Below, piece after piece: positions 1 to 10,695 of a stretch of 64,000 nucleotides of DNA. This DNA is from Rhynchopus sp. YZ270_cl-10 (taxonomy: Eukaryota). The notes beneath the pieces were generated by a model. That model saw nothing but the letters and a program-made list of their open reading frames with translations, searched no databases and had not been told where the DNA came from. Both the position numbers and the translations under genes were made by a program. The stretch covers positions 496,001 through 560,000 of the forward strand of contig OZ037838.1 of assembly GCA_964035575.1 (NCBI GenBank), given 5' to 3'. How positions within the stretch are numbered: the first letter of the stretch is position 1; every line of letters begins with the position of its first letter.

Positions 1-574
1 GAATTTTTTACCCTTGAAAAGTGCATTTGAGGAAGTCACAATGCGTCAAAACGAAAAGGTCGTTTTTGGCACTTTTAAAACCGGGCTCCGCTGAGTTCAC
101 CATATTTTTGCTCGATTTATTTAGTGGAGTAACTATTACTTTATCGTATGTGTGGACAAAAATTTGGGACGGAGCGTAAGATAATTCCCTATGTATTTTC
201 CTTAAGGAAAATACAGGCAAAAATCCAGGTAAAAATCACTTTGTACAGACTATGCCTGGCGGGCACAGGGTGTGTCAAAACCAAAAAAAAATTGCTCGAA
301 TGGACGTTTCTGGGTTCCGGCATCTAGAGTCAAAAAAAATCTATTTTTTTTTTCGCGAAAATTTTTGACTTAACACTGGCTGTGCTTAGAAAACCCGAAT
401 TTTTTACCCTTGAAAAGTGCATTTGAGGAAGTCACAATGCGTCAAAACGAAAAGGTCGTTTTTGGCACTTTTAAAACCGGGCTCCGCTGAGTTCACCATA
501 TTTTTGCTCGATTTATTTAGTGGAGTAACTATTACTTTATCGTATGTGTGGACAAAAATTTGGGACGGAGCGTA
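1..574. repeat. Tandem copies of a ~397-bp AT-rich dispersed repeat
   Basis: 1-178 recurs at 398-574; about 177-530 matches the reverse complement of about 34316-34682. Confidence 0.8.
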
Positions 575-785
575 AATAAAGAAGGGGGGGTATATCATTT
601 TCAAAAAAGCGCGTTGCGTTCCCACTATCGTTTCCGCTGCGCTAGCGTTCCCACTCCATTCGGTTTCCTCTTACTTAGAGGGTCTTGGGTTTTTTTGCTG
701 GTACCATGGGTTACATTCATCACCACTCCCCTTCCCCTCCACTGACACATCACTCAACAGAGGACGGGCCTCCCCTGGTCACACA

Positions 786-1967
786 TCACTCACTGTTGTG
801 TGGGTGCAGATGCTGTGTCACAATGACGCCGTCTGATTGCGTAACCACAACAACACGTGAACACGGCGATATCGTAAATGCCCCCCCATTCTCGGTTTGC
901 GACAGAACACGCACACAGGACATGGTCGCCACATCATACTGGTGCACGTATGACTTGTAATACTCGTAATCGGGGTAAATGCTGCTGCAATCGGTGTCCT
1001 CATCATCCGTATACCATATAAATTCCCCAACCTCTACCCCCACCACAAGGTACTTCCCACACGGGGTGAACTGCATGCCCCAGACCCCACCCACATCAAC
1101 ACCGCGAAGAGCCGCACCACTCCAATCATAGAGGTGCACGGTGCTATAGTCCACCACAGCAAAGACAGAGGCAGACCGTGAAAGCGCCACTTCACACGAC
1201 CTACCCGCAGGCACACATGCCACAGCTTCACCTGTGTTCACATCCCACAGACGTGCGCTGTCCTCACTGGAGGTGGTCACCCACCCACCACAGTCCGACA
1301 GTGCCAGGTCCTTGCACTCTTCATGCGAGAGAGAGCGGAGCAACGTCAGGTCTTCGTCATACACAGAGACGCCGTCTTTGCCCTTCGAGACAACAACACA
1401 GCCACACGCAAACACTGAGTGCAAGTCAACAACACCGCCACGTCCGTATGAAACCGAGGGGCCGTCGACTTTGCGGACCACCTCCCCACCCGGAAGCGCA
1501 ACCTCGAGAAGGCAATCCTTGCATGCCAGGTAGCAGCGTGTCTTGCACTGCGAGATGGCAGGTGGACCGAACACTTCATTGTCCACTTTGAACGAGAAGA
1601 CAGTTTCAAAGGTTTCTGTGTCGAAACCGCCAACGTGCCCACTCTTGTTACTGTGGATGCAGAGCGTTCCACAACGTGACAGCGTCAACGACATCGCTTG
1701 CGGCTCTGTAGTGTACTCAGTAGGACACTTGATGTCGGCCAAGCGAGGACAGGCAAGCACAACCTGCACCCCTGCATCAAACGCAGTGTCCTGCAGACGG
1801 CACGTCCCCTCCAGCACCTGCGTGCCGATGCGCATCTCGACAGACGCAGGCGAGACAGCAAGCGCCCTGCACGCAACCTCCTTTGCCGCTGCAACGTCCC
1901 CCTCGCACGGCACCTCCACTGTCGCAGTCATGCCTGACTCTTCCAGCACAAAGGTCACGTCCATCAT
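786..1967 (-). CDS. UBL-beta-propeller family, copy 1 (intact)
   Basis: ORF 786..2027; conserved ATG start MMDVTFVLEE at 1967; ubiquitin-fold pattern followed by 7 repeats (LSRCG, ISQCK, FACG, SDCGGW, LSRSAS, FTPCGKY, ISPCSR). Confidence 0.85.
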   Translation of the reverse strand: MMDVTFVLEESGMTATVEVPCEGDVAAAKEVACRALAVSPASVEMRIGTQVLEGTCRLQDTAFDAGVQVVLACPRLADIKCPTEYTTEPQAMSLTLSRCGTLCIHSNKSGHVGGFDTETFETVFSFKVDNEVFGPPAISQCKTRCYLACKDCLLEVALPGGEVVRKVDGPSVSYGRGGVVDLHSVFACGCVVVSKGKDGVSVYDEDLTLLRSLSHEECKDLALSDCGGWVTTSSEDSARLWDVNTGEAVACVPAGRSCEVALSRSASVFAVVDYSTVHLYDWSGAALRGVDVGGVWGMQFTPCGKYLVVGVEVGEFIWYTDDEDTDCSSIYPDYEYYKSYVHQYDVATMSCVRVLSQTENGGAFTISPCSRVVVVTQSDGVIVTQHLHPHNSE

Positions 1968-2842
1968 ATTGTTAAGGGGTCTGTTGTGTTTGATGTGATG
2001 GTTGGTGGTGTCACTTCGCAACGACAAATAAGAAGGTTGGTGGGTTAAATACGTGTTTCAACAAAAAAGTCTGATAAAGAAAGCAATTCGAAGATACCCT
2101 GCGGCAAACACACAGATGTGACAAATAAAACTGATGGCTTGCCCGTACTGTGCTGTGAACGGGGAAGGTACACAACCGCTCATCAGCAGGTTTGTGTTTC
2201 CGCTTAAAACAAGTGTTTCTCTGCGCGTGTGATTTTATGGGGGAGAAGGCAATATGTTGTATGCTTCCTTCCTTCAAAACGTCACACATAACGCTTTTGG
2301 TTTTTGGGAGACACACAAGGTGCCAGGTTCTATGGTAGGAACGGAACCACCCTGCACCTGTTTGTATTGTTTCCGGTGCAATACATGGGGAAACGTTTCG
2401 CAGTCGAAACTAGGGAAAGAACCCTAGGACAGCTTCTTTTGATAAAAGTTAGCAAACATAAAACCAGCGCGTGGAAAAAAGAGAGTGCTATTTTCCTCCT
2501 GTATGTGCAGTGTACGTTTTGGGTACGGTGCGGAGAATACAATAGTTCGATAAAAGAAAACGCGAGCATATTTATGATTTGTGTTATCTCATTCAAAATA
2601 AGCTTGTTGTTCCCACCCCACTCGGTGCTCTCATACATACAAAACAACGAGTCAACAAGAAATAATATAAATATTGGGGGAAAATACAATAACGAAGTCT
2701 TTGTGTGCGATGTTTGAAAAGCTGTAAGCTTGAGCTAGATTGACGGTGTGGCCTATGCAGTTGATGGTATGCCCTCTGCAGACACTTGCACTGTCCCCTT
2801 CTGTCAGAATACAGTCACCACCCTCCCACCCCTCGCGGAACA

Positions 2843-4027
2843 TCACTCACTGTTGTGTGGGTACAGATGCCTTGTTACAATTGACCTACCGTATGTGTCC
2901 GCACTCTCAAGCTAGAAAACAACCACGCGTGAACATGGTGATATCGCAAATGGCGCTACGTATTGCACTGCAGAGGTTTGCTTGATCACATGCACACAGG
3001 ACATGGTCGCCACATCATACTGGTGCAGGTGTCCATTGTAATAGGAAGCAAGACCAAATTCGTCAGTACCCCATAGGTCCAAAACACGTTGCTGCACCAC
3101 AAGGTACTTCCCACACGGGGTGAACTGTATGCTCTCCACGTCCCCATCCACATCAACACTGCGAAGAGCCGCACCACTCCAATCATAGAGGTGCACGTTG
3201 CCAGAGCAACCCACAGCAAAGACTGAGGCAGACCGTGAAAGCGCCACACACCGCCGCCCCAGCTCGATCGGCACACACGCCACAGCAACACCAGTGTTCA
3301 CATCCCACAGACGTGCGTTGTTCTCTTTGTAGGAGGAGGTTATCACCCACCCACCACAGTCCGACACTGCTATACCCCAGCACCCTTCGTGCGAGAGAGA
3401 GCGGAGCAACGTCAGGTCTTCGTCATACACAGAGACGCTTGCTTGTTCGCCACGGGAGACAACAACACCGACACACACAAACACTGAGTACGAGGCGCCG
3501 TCGACTTTGCGGAGCACCTCCCCACCCGGAAGCGCAACCTCGTGCATACCGTCCCTGCACGTCAGGTAGCAGCGTGTCTTGCACCGTGAGATGGCAAGCG
3601 GACCATACACATCAAAGTCTACTTTGAAACTGAAGGCAGGGCTGAAGGTTTCTGTATCGAGGCCGGTGATGTAGCCTGCATTCTGTGCTAAGAGGAAGAG
3701 TGCTCCACAAGGAGACAGCGAAAAGTATATTAAATTCTTCTCGGGCCCACCAGTTGACGGCTCTACAGTATATTTATACTCAGCAGGACACTTGATGTCA
3801 GCAAAGCGGCAGGCAAGCACAACCTGCACCCCTGCATCAAACGCAGTGTCCTGCAGACGGCACGTCCCCTCCAGCACCTGCGTGCCGATGCGCATCTCGA
3901 CAGACGCAGGCGAGACAGCAAGCGCCGTGCACGCAACCTCCTTTGCCGCTGCAACGTCCGCCTCGCACGGCACCTCCACTGTCGCAGTCACACCTGACTC
4001 TTCCAGCACAAAGGTCACATCCATCAT
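2843..4027 (-). pseudogene. UBL-beta-propeller copy 2 (in-frame TAG near the C-terminus)
   Basis: ORF stops at 2912-2914, but the same frame continues LESADTYGRSIVTRHLYPHNSE to the family stop at 2843-2845. Confidence 0.75.
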
Positions 4028-4215
4028 ATTGTTAAGGGGTCTGTTGTGTTTGATGTGATGGTTGGTGGTGTCACTTCGCAACGACAAATAAGAAGAGATA
4101 ATACGTGTTTCTAACAGGGCAAATTCCTTGGGGGTGTTTTGAGGGTCTTGGGTTGTTTTGCTGGTACCCTGGGTTATATTGATCACCACCCTCCCTCCCC
4201 TCCTCTGGTCACACA

Positions 4216-5340
4216 TCACTCACTGTTGTGTGGGTACAGATGCCTTGTCACAATGTCGGTATCTCCTTCCAATACCACAACAACACGCGAACACGGCGAT
4301 ATCGCAAATACACCTGAACATTGCGGTATCACATGCACACAGGACATGGTCGCCACATCATACTGGTGCAGAGGTGTATTGTAATCGTCATCAGAATCCG
4401 TACCCTCTACCCTTACCACATCAAAGGTCCTCACCACAAGGTACTTCCCACACGGGGTGAAGTGCATGTCCTCGACATCCCCATCCATACCAACACTGCG
4501 AAGAGCCGCACCACTCCAGTCATAGAGCTGCACGTTGCCAGAGCACCCCACAGCAAAGACAGAGGCAGACCGTGAAAGCGCCACTCCACGCCACCCCTCC
4601 TCCAGCGGCACACATGCAACAGCTTCACCTGTGTTCACATCCCACAGACGTACGTTCCTCTCCTTGTTGGAGGAGGTGACCACCCACCCACCACAGTCCG
4701 ACACTCCCGCGTCCCAGCACCCTTCGTGCGAGAGAGAGCGGAGCAACGTCAGGTCTTCGTCATACACAGAGACGCCGTCTTTGCCCTTCGAGACAACAGC
4801 AACGCCACACGTCCGTATTGAAACCGACGAGCAGTCAATTTTGCGGAGCACCTCCCCACCCGGAAGCGCAACCTCGAGAAGGCCTTCCTTGTTGCACGGC
4901 AGGTAGCAGCGTGTCTTGCACTGCGAGATGGCAGGACGAGCGTACACTTTCAATGCGTCCAGTTTGAACGAGAAGACAGTGTCGAAGGTTTCTGTGTCGA
5001 AGCCGCCAACATGCCCAGTCCTGCTACAATAGACGCAGAGCGTTCCACAACGCGACAGTGACAAGTTGTCCACATGAATTGCAGTGTACTCAGCAGGACA
5101 CTTGATGTCGGCCAAGCGAGGACAGGCAAGCACAACCTGCACCCCTGCCTCAAACGCAGTGTCCTGCAGACGGCACGTCCCCTCCAGCACCTGCGTGCCG
5201 ATGCGCATCTCGACAGACGCAGGCGAGACAGCAAGCGCCGTGCACGCAACCTCCTTTGCCGCTGCAACGTCCGCCTCGCACGGCACCTCCACTGTCGCAG
5301 TCACGCCTGACTCTTCCAGCACAAAGGTCACATCCATCAT
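4216..5340 (-). CDS. UBL-beta-propeller copy 3 (intact)
   Basis: Full-length family ORF from MMDVTF to HLYPHNSE. Confidence 0.85.
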   Translation of the reverse strand: MMDVTFVLEESGVTATVEVPCEADVAAAKEVACTALAVSPASVEMRIGTQVLEGTCRLQDTAFEAGVQVVLACPRLADIKCPAEYTAIHVDNLSLSRCGTLCVYCSRTGHVGGFDTETFDTVFSFKLDALKVYARPAISQCKTRCYLPCNKEGLLEVALPGGEVLRKIDCSSVSIRTCGVAVVSKGKDGVSVYDEDLTLLRSLSHEGCWDAGVSDCGGWVVTSSNKERNVRLWDVNTGEAVACVPLEEGWRGVALSRSASVFAVGCSGNVQLYDWSGAALRSVGMDGDVEDMHFTPCGKYLVVRTFDVVRVEGTDSDDDYNTPLHQYDVATMSCVHVIPQCSGVFAISPCSRVVVVLEGDTDIVTRHLYPHNSE

Positions 5341-5971
5341 ATTGTTAAGGGCTCTGTTGTGTTTGATGTGATGGTTGGTGGTGTCACTTCGCAACGACAA
5401 ATAAGAAGGTGGGTGGGTTAAATACGTGTTTCAACAAACTCTGACAAAGCAAGCAATTTGAAAACTCCCAAACCGCCCAGAAATGTCAAAAAGGAAAAAA
5501 ACCCTTTGCCTGAAGTACAGAAATGAGTTGAGTGCACAATAAAAGGGGAAGGGAATAAACAAAAAGTCTCAGACATTTGAATCATTTCCCAACACAAATT
5601 TGTCATAATATAAACAAAACTTGCTGAGGAGAGGAAAGGCTACCACACAACAACATCGCTAAAAATGAAGAACAAAAACTAGCACATGCATGAGCCTTCT
5701 CGTGCACACACATCCACTTTGAAACAAGAGAAGGCACAATGAAGAACGGAACGTTTCTATCCTGCGGCTCAGGTTAGCAAGAGGGAGCCGGCAGACACCA
5801 AGGCAAAGTCAACAGGATGCTGCAGAACACAACAATGTGTGTCTCGCATATGCTGTCAACTGAACAAGGTGTGGGCAGGATAGAGCGTGCGTTGGCATTG
5901 TGCGCAACGTGCGAAAGTGATCGTGACTTACACACTTTGCTGAATCTAAAATTGGGGACAAAGGACAAAAA

Positions 5972-6946
5972 ATGAGAAAAGTTTATAAGATGACCCTAAG
6001 CCTCTCTGTGCTTAGTCACCTTATCATATTCGTTATCGCACAGCATCAGCTGCGCTGGCTTCTACAAGTTTGCTGTCAGGGCTGATGTCATTTCCCCAGC
6101 CGGAGTTCGTAATTTTGGCACGTACGATGACGTGTTCGAGCATGTGCATGGTGTAGCGCGGGTACGTAAAAACTGGGCGACGGTCGTAGCCAATAAGTAC
6201 GGGTGCGCCAATGGACCGGAGGCCCCGTGAGGAGGAGATGGCAGATGCGGGAAATGGGTTTTGAATCCCAAGGGCTTTGCACAGGTGGTGAAGCTTGTTG
6301 AGCAATGTGCGCAAGGCGGCGGCCCGTTCTCTAATGTTAGAGGTTGGCCGGAGAACATAGATCTTGTGGAAAATTTCCAAGTCAATGGCAAGTTCCACGC
6401 ATGTCACAGGCAGGTTGGCGGTGCTCCATTTCAGGAGGAGGCCCATAGGAGCATTCGCTTCAGTTCGTGGCGCTTCTGCTTGCATCTCGGATCATCGTCC
6501 TTCCCAAAGAAAGGGGCGAGCTGCCGGTAGATGGCCTCCTGGTATGGGGGCGCATCGAACACTTCGAAGTCCATATGCCATGGGTGGCGTGCAGGCGCTG
6601 TGGTCGTCCGCGAGGACAGGTCATCTACTGCGGCGGTGACGTCCAGCAGGTATCTCTGCACGTCGACGACGACCTGCTTGGGCGTGTTCGTGGGAGCTAT
6701 GCCATGCATAGCCAGGCAACTCGGGGTGTTCGGGCCGATCCTGTCGAGGAGAGGGCGGTGCGCTTCCTTCACGTTAGCAGACACAGTGTGCGGGCAAGTC
6801 CACAGCAGGTGCTTCGCCAACCCAGAGGTTGGTGTGAGGCATAAGGGGCACTGATTCACTTCGAGGTGTATGCCACCTCTCTTTGTTGACTCGTAGAGCA
6901 CAGCACCGTAGGGTGCGCGTAGAGTATTCGATGGGAGATGATACGA
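5972..6946 (-). mobile_element. 5'-truncated, frameshifted non-LTR retroposon fragment (family B)
   Basis: ORF pieces (about 6431-6946 and 6033..6485) carry CPLC..HLLWTCP, a Zn motif typical of non-LTR ORF2 C-termini; ends in the recurrent stem-loop; absent from the paralogous site near 20541. Confidence 0.7.
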
Positions 6947-6990
6947 AAAAAATATATTGCAACGCCTTCTGTCTGCCTGCGGGAGGCACT

Positions 6991-9195
6991 CTACCGCTGC
7001 CTTCTGCACCTCTGGGCAGCTCTGCTCAGTTGCTGTGCTATGCGTGCCTTGCGCTGTGCACGGACCACTGCAGGTGCCTTGCCCCAACCACCACCACCAC
7101 CACCCAGACACCTTCTCCCAGTATACCTCTCCTCATCCAAACAGGTAATGCAGCGGCAACCTGGGTTGCAGGGCGACTCGCATAGCGGCCCTTCGCTGTT
7201 GCCACAGAAGACACTGTTCACACGGCTTGCACCGATCACAGAGGGGCTGTGCTGTGCATGGTCAGCCGGAAGCGCACGATACCGTCGTGCGTTAAGCAGC
7301 ACCGCAAGGTCGAAGATGCGTTTCACGATACGTTCATCAGCACAGCGACCACTGAACGCAACATGCGACATCGTTCTGTACCACTGCGCATCTTCGTCAC
7401 CATCGGGGTCAACACGTTTGCACCATGAGGCATGAAGGCTTCGCACAACGTCAAGGTTTCTGAGTGTCGCCCATCCAGCAGGACCCCTGCTGGGGCCTGT
7501 AAGGAGAATGTCTGGAGAGATGTCGCAGGACTGAAGAAACGATAAATGCACGTCGTGTGCAGACAGAATGACATCGAGGGTGACTGCCGCACCCATGCGC
7601 ATGAGAAGTTGGCAGAGCTTCGGGTGTGCTGCGCTGCTCGATATCAGGCCCTTGAATGTGTCCTGCAGTATCTGGGGCTGATCCACCACCACACCCTGCT
7701 CCCTGCAGTGTCTTAAAATACGAAGCACGCATAGAACCTTCCCTGGTGTGTCCTCGTGGCCCCAACAGTGCGATGCGGAGCTACGCAACGCATAAGCAGT
7801 ATCGTCTGGAGAACGTTCAAACCCATCGAGCATCACATCGACGCAGCGGTGTGCTGCGCATTGCACTGCACTCTGCAGAGTCACCCCTGTACTCCCGTCC
7901 AGCTTGCTGCGGAGGAGCAGGTCAAGCTGGTCTGGGTTGTCGTTTTTGAGGATGTGTTCAAGATGGTACTCAAATGTGCTTGACGGATAGGAGCAGGCAG
8001 GCAGTGGAGAAGCAACATCGATGCCGTGCTCATGAAGGAGCATGTCGCGTGCCACGACAGAGTCTTTCTTCCAGAAGTCCTCCTCAACAACGTTGTGTGG
8101 GTACAGATGTTTCGTCACAATGACGCCATCTGGTTGCATAGCCACAACAACACGTGAACACGGCGATATCGCAAATGACCCATCGCTGCTTTGTGGTGGT
8201 AACACACGTACACAGGACATGGTCGCCACATCATACTGGTGCAGTTGGCCATTGTAAGCATCATCACCCTCGTTTTCAACATCTTCATCTGCATCTACCT
8301 TGACCACAAGGTACTTCCCACACGGAGTGAACTGCATGTCCTGGAGACCCCTACCCACATCAACACTGCGAAGAGCCGCACCACTCCAATCATAGAGGTG
8401 CACGTCGTTTTCCCCTGCCACAGCAAAGACAGAGGCAGACCGTGAAAGCGCCATTCTACACCAGAACCCCCCAGGCACACATACCACAGCAACACCTGTG
8501 TTCACATCCCACAAACGTGCGTTGTCCTCCTCCCAGGAGGAGGTGATCACCCACCCACCACAGTCCGACACTGCCACACGGCAGAACCCTTCGAGCAAGA
8601 GAGAGCGGAGCAACGTCAGGTCTTCGTCATACACAGAGACGCCGTCTTTGCCTTGGGAGACAACAACACCGCCACACGCGAACACTAGGGACGAGGGGCC
8701 GTCGACTTTGCGGATCACCTCCCCACCCGGAAGCGCAACCTCGAGAAGGAAATCCGCACACGCCAGGTAGCAGCGTGTCTTGCACCGTGAAATGGCAGGT
8801 GCAGCGACCACTTTAGTGTCCACTTTGAACGAGAAGACAGTGTCGAATGTTTCTGTGTCGAAGCAGCCAACATGCCCACTCCAGTCACCATAGATGCAGA
8901 GCGTTCCACAACGCGACAGCGACAAGTGTTCTGCATCCTCACTGTACTCAGCAGGACACTTGATGTCAGCAAAGCGGCGGGCAAGCACAACCTGCACCCC
9001 TGCATCAAACGCAGTGTCCTGCAGACGGCACGTCCCCTCCAGCACCTGCGTGCCGATGCGCATCTCGACAGACGCAGGCGAGACAGCAAGCGCCGTGCAC
9101 GCAACCTCCTTTGCCGCTGCAACGTCCGCCTCGCACGGCACCTCCACTGTCGCAGTCACGCCTGACTCTTCCAGCACAAAGGTCACATCCATCAT
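6991..9195 (-). CDS. UBL-beta-propeller copy 4, fused to a ~360-aa helical, Cys-rich and basic C-terminal extension
   Basis: Open frame reads through LYPHN into VVEEDFWKK... and ends RAAQRCRRQR. Confidence 0.8.
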   Translation of the reverse strand: MMDVTFVLEESGVTATVEVPCEADVAAAKEVACTALAVSPASVEMRIGTQVLEGTCRLQDTAFDAGVQVVLARRFADIKCPAEYSEDAEHLSLSRCGTLCIYGDWSGHVGCFDTETFDTVFSFKVDTKVVAAPAISRCKTRCYLACADFLLEVALPGGEVIRKVDGPSSLVFACGGVVVSQGKDGVSVYDEDLTLLRSLLLEGFCRVAVSDCGGWVITSSWEEDNARLWDVNTGVAVVCVPGGFWCRMALSRSASVFAVAGENDVHLYDWSGAALRSVDVGRGLQDMQFTPCGKYLVVKVDADEDVENEGDDAYNGQLHQYDVATMSCVRVLPPQSSDGSFAISPCSRVVVAMQPDGVIVTKHLYPHNVVEEDFWKKDSVVARDMLLHEHGIDVASPLPACSYPSSTFEYHLEHILKNDNPDQLDLLLRSKLDGSTGVTLQSAVQCAAHRCVDVMLDGFERSPDDTAYALRSSASHCWGHEDTPGKVLCVLRILRHCREQGVVVDQPQILQDTFKGLISSSAAHPKLCQLLMRMGAAVTLDVILSAHDVHLSFLQSCDISPDILLTGPSRGPAGWATLRNLDVVRSLHASWCKRVDPDGDEDAQWYRTMSHVAFSGRCADERIVKRIFDLAVLLNARRYRALPADHAQHSPSVIGASRVNSVFCGNSEGPLCESPCNPGCRCITCLDEERYTGRRCLGGGGGGWGKAPAVVRAQRKARIAQQLSRAAQRCRRQR

Positions 9196-9513
9196 ATTGT
9201 TCAGGGCTCTGTTGTGTTTGATGTGATGGTTGGTGGTGTCAATTCGCAACGAAAATAAGAAGGTTGGTGGGTTGAATACGTGTTTCAACAAACTCTGACA
9301 AAGCAAGCAATTTAAAAATACCCAAACCGTCCAGTAAGGACACACTGCAAGAGGAAGGAAAGTTTGAAGATACCCTGCGGCAAACACACAGGAGTGAGGT
9401 GTGACCCGTGGCAGGCAAACAAGAAAAGCAGCAACAGGGCTGAAAGGGGAGTTTCTTGGGGGTGTTTTGAGGGTATTGGGTTTTTTTGCTGGTACCCTGC
9501 GTTATCTTCATCA

Positions 9514-10695
9514 TCACTCCCCTTCCCCCCCGCTTCCCTCCTCTCCACTGACGCAGTGCTCACCAGAGTATGGGTACAGATGCTGTGTCACAATGACGCC
9601 GTCTGATTGCATAACCATGACAACACGTGAACACGGCGATATCGCAAATTCCCCATTCTCGGTTTGCGACAGAACACGCACACAGGACATGGTCGCCACA
9701 TCGTACTGGTGCAGGTATGACCTGAAATCGGGGTAAATGCTGCTGCCATCAGTATCATCGGTATCCTCATCATCCATAAATTCCGCAACCTCTACCCCCA
9801 CCACAAGGTACTTCCCACACGGGGTGAACTGCATGCCCCCGACACCCCCACCCACATCAACACTGCGAAGAGCCGCACCACTCCAATCAAAGAGGCGTAC
9901 ACTGCTATCGCTCCCCACAGCAAAGACAGAGGCAGACCGCGAAAGCGCCACTACACACCACCTACCCGCAGGCACACATGCCACAGCTTCACCTGTGTTC
10001 ACATCCCACAGACGTGCGCTGTCCTCACTGGAGGTGGTCACCCACCCACCACAGTCCGACACTGCCAGGTCCCTGCACTCTTCGTGCGAGATAGAGCGGA
10101 GCAACGTCAGGTCTTTGTCATACACAGAGACTGCGTCTGTGCCCTTCGAGACAACAACACCACCACACGTCCGTACTGAAACCGAGGGGCCGTCGACTTT
10201 GCGGAGCACCTCCCCACCCGGAAGCGCAACCTCGAGAAGGCAATCCTTGCATGCCAGGTAGCAGCGTGTCTTGCACTGCGAGATGGCAGGTGGACCGAAC
10301 ACTTCATTGGCCACTTTGAACGAGAAGACAGTGTCGAAGGTTTCTGTGTCGAAGCCACCAACATGCCCACTCTCGTTACTGTGGACGCAGAGCGTTCCAC
10401 AACGTGACAACATCAACATCGTCGCTTGCGGCTCTGCAGTGTACTGAGCAGGACACTTGATGTCGGCCAAGCGAGGACAGGCAAGCACAACCTGCACCCC
10501 TGCATCAAACGCAGTGTCCTGCAGACGGCACGTCCCCTCCAGCACCTGCGTGCCGATGCGCATCTCGACAGACGCAGGCGAGACAGCAAGCGCCGTGCAC
10601 GCAACCTCCTTTGCCGCTGCAACGTCCGCCTCGCACGGCACCTCCACTGTCGCAGTCACGCCTGACTCTTCCAGCACAAAGGTCACATCCATCAT
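9514..10695 (-). CDS. UBL-beta-propeller copy 5 (intact, short Gly/Glu tail)
   Basis: Full-length family ORF ending SGEEGSGGEGE. Confidence 0.85.
   Translation of the reverse strand: MMDVTFVLEESGVTATVEVPCEADVAAAKEVACTALAVSPASVEMRIGTQVLEGTCRLQDTAFDAGVQVVLACPRLADIKCPAQYTAEPQATMLMLSRCGTLCVHSNESGHVGGFDTETFDTVFSFKVANEVFGPPAISQCKTRCYLACKDCLLEVALPGGEVLRKVDGPSVSVRTCGGVVVSKGTDAVSVYDKDLTLLRSISHEECRDLAVSDCGGWVTTSSEDSARLWDVNTGEAVACVPAGRWCVVALSRSASVFAVGSDSSVRLFDWSGAALRSVDVGGGVGGMQFTPCGKYLVVGVEVAEFMDDEDTDDTDGSSIYPDFRSYLHQYDVATMSCVRVLSQTENGEFAISPCSRVVMVMQSDGVIVTQHLYPYSGEHCVSGEEGSGGEGE

Noticed and set aside
1750..1967. Cleavable ubiquitin or SUMO-type modifier
   Set aside because: No di-glycine follows the UBL (it ends VVLAC or VVLARR), so an integral domain is more likely.
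1968..2027. N-terminal extensions such as MSLRSDTTNHHIKHNRPLNN
   Set aside because: They mostly begin at non-ATG codons and differ between leader classes; family homology starts at MMDVTF.
2912..2914. Stop-codon reassignment (TAG read-through)
   Set aside because: It is a single case, and TAG appears to terminate other ORFs here (6991, 16989, 45475); a nonsense mutation or base error is simpler.
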